A stretch of DNA of 64,000 nt from Yuukianura sp. NJ FZ-2021 (GCA_046563655.1 CM102287.1:5642001-5706000), one strand, 5' to 3'; numbered from the stretch's first letter, positions 39,397-52,000 are shown. Notes: a model not told the origin generated them from the letters alone. Numbers and translations are program-made.

Positions 39397-42300
39397 ATGC
39401 CACTAATACCTTGTCGGACTCGGAGTCGGGACTGAAATCACATTTTTACATTCATCACATCGTAACCGACAGGTTCACAATATCACAATTTTATCCGACA
39501 ACGTAACCACTTCGCTCTACACAGCGTTACTCCAACTTTGCAGTTTAAGTGACACTTGATTTATGTGTTCACAACTTTCACTTTCCCAGCACCTTGTTTT
39601 CTTTTTTTCAGTTTCGACAATTCGATTTGTGAGAGCTGCTGGGATTGATAAGAACTCTTCCTTGGGGTATCGTCTTTTACTTCTTTCGTCTTAAAAGTGG
39701 GACTTTAATTACTTTTAATGTTACGTGACATGCTAGGACGCTGTAAATTGACGTAAAAATGACGAAGGTCAACTAAGATAGAGTAAGGAACAAAATTATG
39801 ACTAAAGATTCCATATTTATAAGGAAAATGTATTTATTAGGTTGGTTTGAATTTAATAAGTTGGTCAATTCAAACTTTTACTTTCACATTCACTTGTACA
39901 AATTCCTGTTTTAGACTTTAACAAAAAGTCGAGTGGTAAAAAATTTCCAATGTACTAAATTTTGTTAGTAAGTACTGTATGCTAGTTATTTATATAAATT
40001 GATACAAATCATGTTTAATTAATACAAATAATTCATTTTATAAGATATTTTATTATAAATAGACCAAACAAGGTGGAAGAGTTGACTATAATTTTAGTTT
40101 TTAGTTTAATGTGTAACTATGATCATGAAAATGCTTTAGAACAGGGAAAGTTAGACTTAACTTTTACTAAAAACTTGGATTAGATCCGCAGTACTACGAT
40201 GAATCTAAATTTATATGGAATTGGGTTAACTTAATTCTAACCAATTGTTATAATCATGTTAACAAAACAAATTGGAGAACGTAGTGGGGCTTGGTCAAGA
40301 AGATGCGTAAGTTTATCTTATATGAAAAGTAAATTCGAGAAAGTTAGTTTTAAAGTAAGATGTATTCATAAGGGAAAAAATAATAGGAAAAACCATGTTA
40401 TCTGTTTTCTTATGATTTTTGTTAGTCTCTCGTAGTCTCCTTCCCCCCTCATCTTGCAAATTTTTTGCAAAAACGCATTTTTGTCTTTATAAGATACACA
40501 CTGAATAATTGTTGTAATTAAAGTGAGACTCAAACTTTATTCTGCAAAACACTCACAGTTTCGGTACAGTTTTGAGAAGTGTACTGCTTTACAAGCAACA
40601 GAAGATCACAGAAAAGATGTTTCTTGACAAAGAAGAAACTGATTTTTTAGCTTGGAGACAAATGTGGAAGAGTTAAGTAGGATTTTAGGGAATCCGGAAG
40701 TAGCACTTTACACAAATGCATCTCATCTTTGTTTTACTTTATCTTATACCGTAAATCCTCAAATAAGAACCCCTGGGTGCTAATTTACACGCACGTTTGC
40801 ACGCGGGTAGGAATATTTGGGCATTATTTGGAAGTGGAATTCTATTTGAGCATTTACGGTACAGTACTTGGCACACAGAATCACGCATAGTTTTTTTTCG
40901 TTTGGGGGAATTATGGTATAAATCAAGTCCTAAATCTGACAATTACTTGAGGTCACGCCTCAAGCATTTGTTTGTCTTTTGTATTTAGGAACTTAGGCAC
41001 TAAATTGTTAATTTTTAGCAAAGTTGGATTTTACATAGATTTTTTTTTGCCGCACATCTTAACATACAAAGATTCGAAGCCTTTCCGGTGACTATTTCCG
41101 CTCTTAATTTTTAAGACCTTAATGATTTTTGTTAATTATTCTGGTGATACAGTGTGTAAGTTGACAATGAATTGCGTTAAGGAGGAAGGTGTTAATAGAG
41201 CAGAGCAAAGTCTAGGACTTTGGAGAAGAATTGGTGCGTGAAGTTAAATAATTTTTTTAGCACGTCCCTTGACATATAGGCGGGTCAAAAGTTGCGTGTA
41301 ATTGTGGTAAGAACTGGGCTTAACGTAAGACTATTACCACCGCAAACACGTACGTACCGGACGAGTAACTTAAAGTCTCAAATATTTCATAATCTTTATT
41401 CGAATACGAAAAAATTATAATCTAATAATTGTTTCCTTACTTGTTACTTCCTTGATCAAAATAAAATTCAAAACAAAAAGTGACAACTCCAGCAAAGAAC
41501 TTTTTAGCTTCTTAGCTGTAAAAGTTTTTTTTTCAATAACTTTAGAGAAATTGGAATCTGAGGGAGTTACGTAAGTTAATTTAGAAATTTGAAATTAGAG
41601 CACAAGAATGATGCCCAAGATGTGCAGACATTTTTGACAGGTTTTCTGACATGGGAAGACGCGCCTTCCGCATTTTGACGACTAATCACAATGATTGTCA
41701 TTTTTTAAGACATGCACATTAACAGCAGAAGTAAGTTAATAAAGTAAGGTTTAGTCAAAGTTCGTATTGTTTTCGACGCTTCGGCCATTTCGCAATGTGG
41801 CACTTTGAGTCAATAACTTCAAATGGTCGAAAATTTTTGTTTTACCTGCTTTTTCGTATTACGGTTTTTTGTTTTTAGTCAGAATTTAATAAATTTTAAT
41901 TTAATTGTTCTTATTTAATGAATTCATTTTGTTTTGTATTGCTTTGTTGACCTAAGGACGACGACGTGTAAGAAAAGCGCCGAAGCATAACGAAATTATG
42001 AACGTTTTACGTTACTCTTTTAAATTGTACCAAAATGTCGCAAAAGTTTGATGTCAAGGTGGACTGTTACACTTATCATGTACAATTGAATAACAAAAAT
42101 AAAGGGATTGCCAATATCTGACAAAAATTTTGAACATGGAATTTTTTATTTCACAATTTACTTGTCAACCTTAAGTGAAATTTGGATTTTTTTCAGAAAA
42201 CAGCGCATTTTACTCAATAACTGGCAAAGTGACCTCAACTGAATGCAAACTTCCTAAATTCTACCAACATTAAAAATGCAAGGAAATGTCAACATCTTTG

Positions 42301-42894
42301 CCGCCCAAGCCTTTAATATTTTCTTTTGAAATTTAAAATCTGTAAGACCAAGATTACTTATTATTCATGCAAACTTGAACAAACAAAATCTTATATGTTA
42401 TTGAAGCGTTGAGAAATCAAAAATCATTCATTTTTGTTAAGTTATTTGAAATAAGTTATTTCATTTTCATCACTAAAAAGAAAGAAGCAAGTCGTGATCA
42501 ATTTGGTTGTCACTGTCTGTCCATAAGCGATTTTTTGGATTGACGGCAATTGACATGTGTGTGACATGTTGCGTTAACATTTGAGTAAACAAGATGTCGA
42601 AAGTGACATAACGTCAAAGCGTCAAAGACGGACACGACTTGATGCTGGTGGTCATCACGCTAACATGTTACAGCACAGACCGTACTCAAAAGCATCTCGA
42701 TTGATCCCATTTCCAACTTCATAGGGAAATACTAATGTTTCCTCCAACCTGAATTTTTGCAATTCTTAGAATCACGTTCATCCGGGCGCCGTGGGTCGTT
42801 GAGCATTGAAAAGCAAGGAGAGGGAATGTTTAGTACGAATGCTGGTGATTTTGGTTCAAAACATTTGCAAATGTGGTTGGTGCGTCCAAATCTT

Positions 42895-42900
42895 TATAAA
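42895..42900 (+). promoter_or_regulatory. Putative TATA box of the Gly/His-rich peptide gene
   Basis: TATAAA about 120 nt upstream of the ATG at 43016. Confidence 0.45.
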
Positions 42901-43015
42901 GACCAAGTCTTCATCCTGTAGAGGAACAATTGAGCTTTTACTGAGGACTTAAACGCATCTCAACGGATTCTGGCAACAATTGAACAAAGTGAAAGTGACG
43001 CCGCACGTTAAGAAG

Positions 43016-43757
43016 ATGAAACACGCCAAAGTGATCCTGAGCCTCACACTGGCTCTAATATTCATTCAAGCTTCTATTACCTCTGGTGAGATTTCATGGA
43101 TTTAAAAAAATAATGAAAAATTGAAATTCATTTGAAGTGGAATTCTGAAATTCATGTGAATTTTGAAACTAAAAATTAATTTTTCCAAAAATTTGGTTGT
43201 AGCGTCATCAGAAGAACATCAGCCGACAGAAGTAACAAAAAACCAACCAACTGAAGGTAGCATTTCGAAATTATTTTGAAAATTTTGAGGTTTAGGATAT
43301 ATTTCAAACCCGTTTTCTAAAAAAAATGTCTTGTTTTTTGGCAAGTTTTTCTTTTTGAATCAGTTTAGTATTGGTGAACATGCATATATGGCTTATTTCG
43401 AATTATTGCAAAAGATATTTCAGTTAAAAACGATTTTCTGAAATTCGCATCGGATTTTTTTTTAAACTTGAATAACATAAAACCACATTTTAGCTGAAAA
43501 GTTTTAAAAAGAATTATTTTTTTGAAATAGTTCATCACAGAAGTAAGCGTTCTCCGTATGATCCACTAATTCCTGCTCTTCTTCTTGGTAAATCTGCCTT
43601 TCTCCTTGGCACCGTTCTTGGTCCACACTTGCTCCACCGTCCTTACCCACATCGTCGCGGCGGTCACCGCTCGTTCCACGGTGGTCACCACGGTGGATTC
43701 AGTCATGGACACGGTGGTGGCTATAGCAGTCATGGATGGGGCTGGGGCTGGAAGTAG
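43016..43757 (+). CDS. Small secreted prepro-peptide, Gly/His-rich, 116 aa
   Basis: Exons 43016-43085, 43203-43256, 43531-43757 (GT-AG, phase 1, 351 nt). Translation: MKHAKVILSLTLALIFIQASITS-ASSEEHQPTEVTKNQPTEVHHRSKR-SPYDPLIPALLLGKSAFLLGTVLGPHLLHRPYPHRRGGHRSFHGGHHGGFSHGHGGGYSSHGWGWGWK*. Signal peptide, acidic pro-region and RSKR furin-type site. Not in the supplied ORF track. Confidence 0.82.
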
Positions 43758-44554
43758 GTTGCCCCTGGAAGTCTTCTGTTCGTCAGAGCAATGCCAAAGT
43801 ACACACAAACAGACATGACTGAAATTCACACTGACGTTTCGGATGACCTACGGCGACATTTCCGCAGAGAAAGTTGACGTTGACCCACATTTACTTTTTA
43901 CAAATTAAAACAATGCCCTCAGAGCTTTTAGCCAAATCTTCAGTTTCCACTTCTTCTTCAAATGTTCATTTAAACACTTACTTCCGGACTTAATCCTTTC
44001 TTTGATACTGCACGATATGCCTTTCATATCAACTAATTCAAGTACTTGACACCCCTTGCTTAATTAATTTCTACACTTTTTACATACACACTTTGTTTTC
44101 TAATTTCTGAAGTCAGTGTCAATGTCTCTCTTGCCACAGTTCTGTGTAAACCTCAAATAATTTAAGAAATCCGTTATTCAAATTAAGTGAAATTTCAAAT
44201 TGCTTATGAATTACATGAAGAGATGGGTAAATAAAATTATTTTGATACTTTTTGAACAAATTAAGTTGAAAAATCTGATTTTTCTGACAAGAAAATCTTT
44301 TTTGAAAAGCTTTTACTCTTTGTGGTCTTCAAAAATTTGTAAATGGACTGCACTTTTGATTGAATTTTGAATTCTGAAAGAATTTGGTTGAAATTCTAAT
44401 AGATTTTTAAAACAAAAATTTAATTTGTAAATTGAATCAATTTAAAAGGCTGAAGTTTGTTCTGATTTAGTTCAAAAATGGAAGTTACCGCCAGATTAGT
44501 GCCGATTTTGGGAATGTGTTATGAACTTTGACCATTTTTTTATACTAGACGAAG

Positions 44555-44981
44555 TTAACCAAATAAATTGGCGAGATTTGGCAGCTCTAATTTAAATCCA
44601 GGAAGTCCACCAGGAAGTCCAGGATTGCCAAAACCGGAACTTTGAAACGAAGAACTTGAAGTAGCTGTGGCACCCCCACTGCTTTTTCCTGTTAACAAAA
44701 TTCCCAAACGAAAAATTCTGCATTTCAAAAATATTTTTTGAATATTAAAAAATGGTCAGCTATTTACCGTAAATAGTTGACGTGGCTCCATTGTGCGTAC
44801 AGTACCATACTGGACAGCATCCGTCGTCTCGTTCATATTTCGGAGTGCACTGAGCTCCTGGAAGAGGCGGTGAGCAACTTACGTTTGGACATTTTGATCC
44901 ATCGGCTCCACCAGCGTTAGGCATTCCAGTGGATCTGGCAGCCAGTACTCCGAACAAGAACAAAATCCAGAAAATCTGCAT
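44555..44981 (-). CDS. Small secreted 6-cysteine protein (VWC-like half motif), 115 aa
   Basis: Exons 44981-44768 and 44688-44555, with a 5'-UTR intron 45062-44982 (GTAAGT...CAG|ATG). Translation: MQIFWILFLFGVLAARSTG-MPNAGGADGSKCPNVSCSPPLPGAQCTPKYERDDGCCPVWYCTHNGATSTIYGKSSGGATATSSSFQSSGFGNPGLPGGLPGFKLELPNLANLFG*. Confidence 0.8.
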
Positions 44982-45508
44982 CTGGATGACATGACAGAAA
45001 CACTGAATTGTGTTTTCAAAGTTTACAAGATGGAGGACGGAAGTAAATTGGAAGTGACTTACCTTCACGAGACTCAATTTATGTCACTTTCTTCTGTATT
45101 GGCGTCCCATCCTAGTTTTTGAACCTTTGGCAACTCCCGTGGCTCTAAGTACGTCAATTAACCACCAGGAAACAGACATGGAGACAATGGGACATTAAAA
45201 ACTTAACTGCTACATTAGTTAACTACCTTCATCATTTCTAAATCGGAACGATTGATCACTGTTAATTCCGGAATTAGTACCCAGAAACTAGAAATTATGG
45301 ACAGAAATATCACATCCGGTTTTCAGAATCTTCCTACCAAAACTGTTGTTGCTACTGGCAACACCATTTGTTATCATGGAGTCTCACAAAAGCAAAATAC
45401 TGCTGAAGTTCATTCGAAATCTTTGGAATTCAAGGTCAAAGGTCACAAATCCTTCACATCACTTTCAATTTTTTTGTAGTAAATTGTATTCGAAAACTTG
45501 ACATCAAA

Positions 45509-48500
45509 ATGGAGGAGGAGTCCGAAGCAGAATCTCCACCACACCGACGATGCAAACGACTTGAACGACTGGCATATACTAAGAAGAGGACCAAAGCTCA
45601 GCTTATGGCAGCATGGGAACGTCCATTCCGTGAAGGCATTTCAGCATGCTTTTCTTCTGGATCCATTTTGGAAAAAACCGGATTTTTGTCAGCAAAGGAC
45701 CGCCGTGCAACAGCCACGTCCGTACTGTCAAGGGCTTCCAAATTACGCATGTCCGATGCAGACCGGAGGAGTACCGCGCTGTTTCGGTACTCGTCGTACC
45801 ACAGAAGCACATCATCCGGAATGAGCCGCTCTTCAGCACGACGGAAAAGCACGGCAAGTAGTAAAAGTATCGAAGAGCGGGAACGAATTGGCCGAATTAC
45901 CGAAAACATTGTGACTCCTACGCGGTATCGCCTTTGCCTCAAGCCGCACTTGGAGACACTTAAATTTGATGGATCAGTTTTGATCGAATTTGGACCAATG
46001 AGAAGCTGGGACAGTCAGGACAGTCTGGACAATCCAGCTCCTTTATTCTTGTCACGACTTGTGCTAAATGCTTTGGATCTTCATATTGAGAAGGTAGCTT
46101 GGGCTGACGAAACGACGATGGACCAACAAGAAGCCTCGAGTGTTGTCATGGACCGGAAAACGGAACGTGTGACACTGGAATTTGACAAGCCTGTGACACT
46201 TCCTGGAGTCTTGATTATCAACTTCTCGGGTCACATCTTGGAAGGAACGTCTGGATTTTATAGATCAACGGTAACTACGTCAACTGGACTTACGACATAC
46301 TGCGGAGTCACAAAATTTGAACCTACGTTTGCACGAAAATGTTTTCCGTGCTTGGATGAACCCGGAACGAAATCAAAATTTGATTTGAGTCTTATTCTTC
46401 CGAAACATTTAACAGCAATTTCAAATCAGGTTAGAATGTTTGAAAATGTTTCCGAATTTTGGAATTTTGAAACTTCAATTTTGGAATTTTGAAATTGCTA
46501 GCCAATTCAAGCAATCGTTCCTCATCGTACAAACACACATCTCCACGTGATTGAATTTGAACCAACTCCACCTATCGCACCACATCAGTTGACCTTTGCC
46601 ATAGGCGAATTTGAGGTCATCGAAGGTCACGCCGATTCGGCTCCAGATTTCGTCGACATCAAAATTCATACCAGCGGAAACAAAACCGGGAAAGCTCAGC
46701 TTGCTCTGGAATGTGCCCAAGCTTGCCTCGAATTCTATCACTTTTACTTTGAACTTCCGCTTGAAATGAGAAAACTTGACCTGCTCAGCTTGACCTCTCA
46801 TGTGGACTCTGGCGTGGGAAACTGGGGCGTAGCGACTTTTGCAGAAAATCAACTTCTGCAGAAACACGATGGTGACATTGAAGAGGGCGCTGACATAGCT
46901 CTCTTAGTTTCTCGTGAAGTTGCTCATCAGTGGATCGGAAGTCTAGTTGGCATTGATTGGTGGAGTCGACTGTGGCTCAGAGACGGTCTGGCTACACTTC
47001 TTGCATACATGAGCATCGACTATTTCGAACCAAAATTTCAAATTTGGCGGAAATTTGCTGGTGATGTAATGGCAAGGGCACTGGAAGCTGATGCTCTACG
47101 CAGTACACATTCACTTGAACCAATCGTCAGCTCTCCATTGGAAATCCAAACAATTTTTGACGACATTGCAAACGACAAAGGAGCAGCGATTATGAGAATG
47201 ATTCAGGGATTTGTTGGGGAAAAAACGTTTCAGACGGGAATTCAAACGTATTTGAAGCGATTTGGGTACAAGAGTGCCTCTACGGCAGACTTTCTTCTGA
47301 TTCTGGAAGAAGTTAGTGAGAAACCAGTGGCAACAATTTTCGAAACTTGGATCAAACGATCTGGATTTCCAATTATCAAAGTGGAGTCGTCGCAGCTTGA
47401 AACTGGCGGAGTTTCGCGTGTTGTGATCATCCGTCAAGAGCCGTTTGCGTTCTCCCTGGAACCGATTTATGCTACACCGAAGATGCGTCGTAGTGACAAT
47501 CACCGATGTCAGTGGATTATTCCGATTCATATGTCGCTGTCCAGTGCACCGTCGCAGCCTGTCAAGGAATTCATCATGGACAAGCCAGCACAAAAATTCA
47601 GAGTCAACGACACAAATCCAAATGACTGGTTCATGGTAAGCCTTTGGAATCCAGATTACTAAAAGTAATTCTAGAAGACTTAAAATTAGGTGTAATAGTG
47701 TTACTCCCTCCAGTTCAGCTACTTCTGTTTTAAAATTTGGCGAGAGTAACTGTTTAGCTGTAAACATGTTTGTCGAAGGTTGGCAGTTACTCCCTCTAGT
47801 TTATAAACTACCCCAAAGGCCTCGTTTGCTGACTGAAGGGAGTAACTATAAATATTTTAACTTCAAAAAAAAAATTTCCTACAAAAACTTCAGAGATTTC
47901 TTGGCTGGAGGGAGTAACTACTGGGAATAATTCACGATATGATTTTGTTTTTAAAGTTGAACCCGGGATTCGTTGGATTCTACCGTGTCAAGTATCCACC
48001 AGAAATGATTGGAAAGTTTTTGAAAGCAATTCGTCTGAAGCAATTTGCACTGGAAGATCGACTGGGACTTTTGAATGACCTCCACGCTCTGACCTCAGTT
48101 GGCGTATCCACCACAATGGAATTGTTCACAATGCTGGAATCATTTGTAGACGAAGATGAGTATTTAGTTTGGAAAGAAATCAACTCCGTTGTTGCAAGTC
48201 TCGACCTTCTGCTGCAAAGTGACGAATGTTACCCAAAATTCAAACTTTTTTCACAAAACGTTTTTCGTAAAATCCATGCAAAACTGGGATGGAAGGCCAA
48301 AGCAGATGAAAGTTCAGCAGATAAAAAGTTGCGCTTGATGGTTCTTCAGCGTCTGCTTCGATTTGGGAAGAAAACGTGTGTGGAAGAAGGATATCGACAG
48401 TTTCGTCAATGGCTGAATGGGGCGAGCATCGAATTGCCCCAAATTGCATTTCAGGCTGGAATCGCTGATTCCGAAAACCACGACGAAGTTTTCCGAACTC

Positions 48501-49041
48501 TTGTCCGGGTATGCTAACTTTTTTTTTGTTCAAAACGAAGAATTTGAACATTTTTGTTCCAAAAGTGTACTGAAAAACCTTTCTTTTCTAGCATTTCAAA
48601 GACTCGAAATATTTTAAAGAAAAAGCAGACATCATTCAAAGTTTTGGATTTGCTGAAACCGAAGAAGCCATCATGGCAATTTTGGATTTTACAGTCTCCG
48701 ACGTAGTTAATACTGAAGAGACTGTTGTGATCATGGACGGTCTAATGCAAAACGCTATTGCGAAACCACTTGCTTGGACGTTTTTCAAAAACCATGTTGC
48801 GGTTTTTCAAAAACGATTTCACGGAGTAAGTGATTTGGAAGGTAAACTGATTCAAACTGTGACAAAGTACTTGGCCACTTCAGCCAAGCCTTCAGACGTG
48901 GCAACTTTCTTCCAACGTCACAATTTCAATGGAACTGAAAATATTGTTCAAGAGAGTTTAGACAAAATGAAGTTGTATGCTGCGTGGTTCAAGCGAGACA
49001 AGCAACAAATTGAAGAGTACTTGGGTCCTTACGAAGACTAA
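45509..49041 (+). CDS. M1-family (puromycin-sensitive aminopeptidase-like) protein with degenerate catalytic motifs, ~1018 aa
   Basis: Exons 45509-46429, 46502-47635, 47957-48508, 48592-49041 (3057 nt, open frame). M1 hallmarks: VTPTRYRL, GFYRS, FEPTFARKCFPCLDEP, AISN, WIKRSGFPII, LNPGFVGFYRVKY and an ERAP1-C-like tail. GAMEN reads GVGN and HExxH-x18-E reads RExxH-x18-D. No signal peptide or TM segment seen. Confidence 0.9.
47700..47918. mobile_element. MITE-like inverted-repeat element in aminopeptidase intron 2
   Basis: Perfect 14-bp inverted repeat GTTACTCCCTCCAG (47700-47713) / CTGGAGGGAGTAAC (47905-47918), with an inner inverted pair AGTTACTCCCT / AGGGAGTAACT. This intron (321 nt) is much longer than the gene's other two (72 and 83 nt). 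Confidence 0.6.
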
Positions 49042-52000
49042 AAAACTATGTTTCAAAAACCTACTTTTCATTGTTGAACTTTTACTTCAAAATTCCTTGT
49101 TTGTTGATTACTTCGCTGAATTTCAACATTCAGTAAATTATTGCTCTTTTTTCATTTAATGAATTTTTCCTTATTTCGAAACTTATTTTTGGACAACCGT
49201 GGGAAATAAATGAAATTACCAAAACAAAAATATCCGCACCGTTAAAACTGCTGTATAAAAAATAGTTCACTATTTGTTAGTATAAACTTCACTTTTTAAT
49301 TCAAGGTGACATGAAGTGACGCTCAGAGGATGGATGACAAAGTTCAATCTATCTCGATCTATACACGTATCTGGATTTTTATCTTGAAAATGGAGGTGTC
49401 GTAAGGATTGATTTGTAAGTGTTAATCAATTTCATTTTTTCATGATATGATTTCAGTAGTTAATCATACGTCCTTCATTTGCTGGGCGAAGTCAAAAAAT
49501 TACGTTTCAGATTTTATTCCATTTACTAGCTAAGTATTCGTCATGAATAAGGAAAACAGGCTTTTCATTTCATTTCTTATTTGCAATGCCCTGATTGGTG
49601 GAGCAGTTGGGCAATACGATACTCCGTTCCTTGGCAAAGTTTATGGCGACACAGATCCAGTAGGGGTTGTTGTGAATCCCGACGGATATTCAATTTTCAT
49701 CTATGAAAACAGAGTGGTGGCAGCCGAGAGAAACTACGTAGCGGAAATTAAATACACTGGTAACATAAAAATTTTTGGTCAAGGGACACTAGATGTTAAA
49801 AAAAAATTGTAACTTCAAAAAATCCTAATAATTTTTGAAAATTATTGAAAATTTGAAAAGGGACTGACGTGCCCACTGTTTCGCTCATTGAGGGAACTGG
49901 AACTAAACCTGAATTGCGAATCGTTAGAGATGCAAATGTTGGTGGAAAATTTTTCCTGGAACTTTTAAATCAACTGGATTATGAAAACCGTGGGGCGGGT
50001 ACTTGGAGCATACAACTGGATCCGAAAGCTCCGAATTCCTTCATAGTGTCTCCACTTGACATCGACGACATGTAAAACAATCGAAACGAGCTTTACCTTA
50101 ACATTTTGAATAACTTATGTGTTTCAAATTTTTGTTTTTGAAGGGACCCTTTCTTCACAGAGTATGCGCTGACGGCACTAAAGGCAGATGAAGGAGACTT
50201 TAGCAGCGACAAAGTTTTGTTCACTTACAAAGCTACCGATCCAGATACGGTTGATGTGGGGAAACTAGCATACGCTCTAACGGTAGACATCAAATAATAA
50301 AAAAAACGAAACAAAACGTTTAGGTTACGTGGCGTGAATTCTTAAATTTGATTGAAATACATTCAGGATTTAGATAATGGCGCCAACACGCCATTTGTTA
50401 TCGACTCCATTACTGGGGAACTGAGACAGACAGCGGCATTGGACTACCAACTTCAATCAGTTTATAGGCTCCAAATGACCGTGACAGATTCCGATGGGGT
50501 TAACGCCATGCCTGCACCTTCGGTTACTTTAGTCAATGTCAATGACCTTCCGAACCAACCTCCGCGGTGGGTATCGGTCAACCCCGTCCTTCAAGTTGCA
50601 GAAAACAACGATCCTAATACAGTAAGGATGCCAGAGCAAGAACTAAATTACACTGTGTAACTTACTACGTATGAAATATTTTTAGGATCCGGCAGTGTTC
50701 AAGTATGGCGCAGTCGATGGAGACACGATGGTCAACAGTCCAATGAAATACTACCTGGAGGGCGGTAATGTATAAGATGTTTTAAAATTTCAAATTTTTT
50801 CAAAAATTGGCTTCCGTTTGATTTTGTAACATTAAGCAATCGGTTTTCTTGATTTTAGTTCCGGTGGATCCAATAAGTTCTACTCCGTATTTGACAATCG
50901 GCGAAGCTTCCGGAGAAATCCGAGTGAATGTAGTCTTGGATGCTGAACAAATAGAAGATTCGACATTCACTTTTCAAGCTGTGGCAGAGGAAGTGATCAA
51001 TACCGTTCCGAATTTGAAAATTAAAGAAACCGTTACGTTTTTCATTTTGGACCAAAACGATAACCTTCCTATATTTGATGACGGAGAGTCTGAGAAACCG
51101 TTTCAAGTTGTAATTGATGAGAACACTTCCGGTTCACTACCGGGCTTGGAGGAACTGATTATCATTGACAAAGACAGGGTTAGCCAATTTTAATATAAAT
51201 TAAGAGGAATATGCTTATTGTTGTGTTCTGGCGAACAGGATTTGGCGTATAGTGAATATGTAGCAAGGTTGAAGGCAGATGACCCCGACACGGAAGTGTG
51301 GGTGAACGAAATGTTTTCAGTGACTCCGTCAAAGGGTTATGGCGGCGGTACTTTTGTGGTTCAAATTAAGCCCAGTACGGTTATCAACTATGAAGATGCA
51401 CAATGGCAGAAACCCATACAATTTTATGTCACTGTAGAAGAAGCCAGTGACCCTCAACGATTCGCTAGAGGAGCGATTTCATTGACAGTGAAGGTAACTT
51501 CAATGCAACTACTAATTCTCATTCTACATTTGCTAGCCAATCAGGTTTCGAGTTAATTGGTCATCAATTTGTACGTTCCATTTGTAACCTCTAGGATTTG
51601 AACGACAACAGCCCGGTATTTGGTGGAGTCGACGCAAACGGAGAAATCGTAGTTGAAGTTTCCGAGGGGATTCTGATTGGTCAAACTGTTACGACAATTC
51701 TTACCACTGACGCAGACATTTCCCCAGGATTTGGAACAGCCAGCATTAGGTAATTCTAAATACTAATCATTTTTAACTTTTGATATGATTTTCAATGAGC
51801 GACATGTTGCATCAAAAAAATTTCAGATTTCCGAAATTGAAAATTTGAAATGAAATTTTGAAATCCTTTTAATTTGAAATTCCAGATACTTTTGGGGTGT
51901 ACCAGCACCTAACGACTTGGCAATCGATGAGGTCACTGGCATAATTACGACCAAAACAAACTCCCCGTTTGACCGAGAGTTGATGCCACAAGAGGTGTAC

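Noticed and set aside
43585..43818. ORF-track 77-aa (+) ORF and the overlapping 87-aa (-) ORF at 43566-43829
   Set aside because: They are alternative frames of exon 3 of the Gly/His-rich peptide gene; the spliced frame ending at 43757 fits the signal peptide and splice phases.
45063..45110. In-frame upstream ATG with a TGA-C stop ahead of the 6-Cys gene (possible readthrough extension)
   Set aside because: The downstream ATG already begins a clean signal peptide; nothing supports readthrough, and a short uORF by chance is likely.
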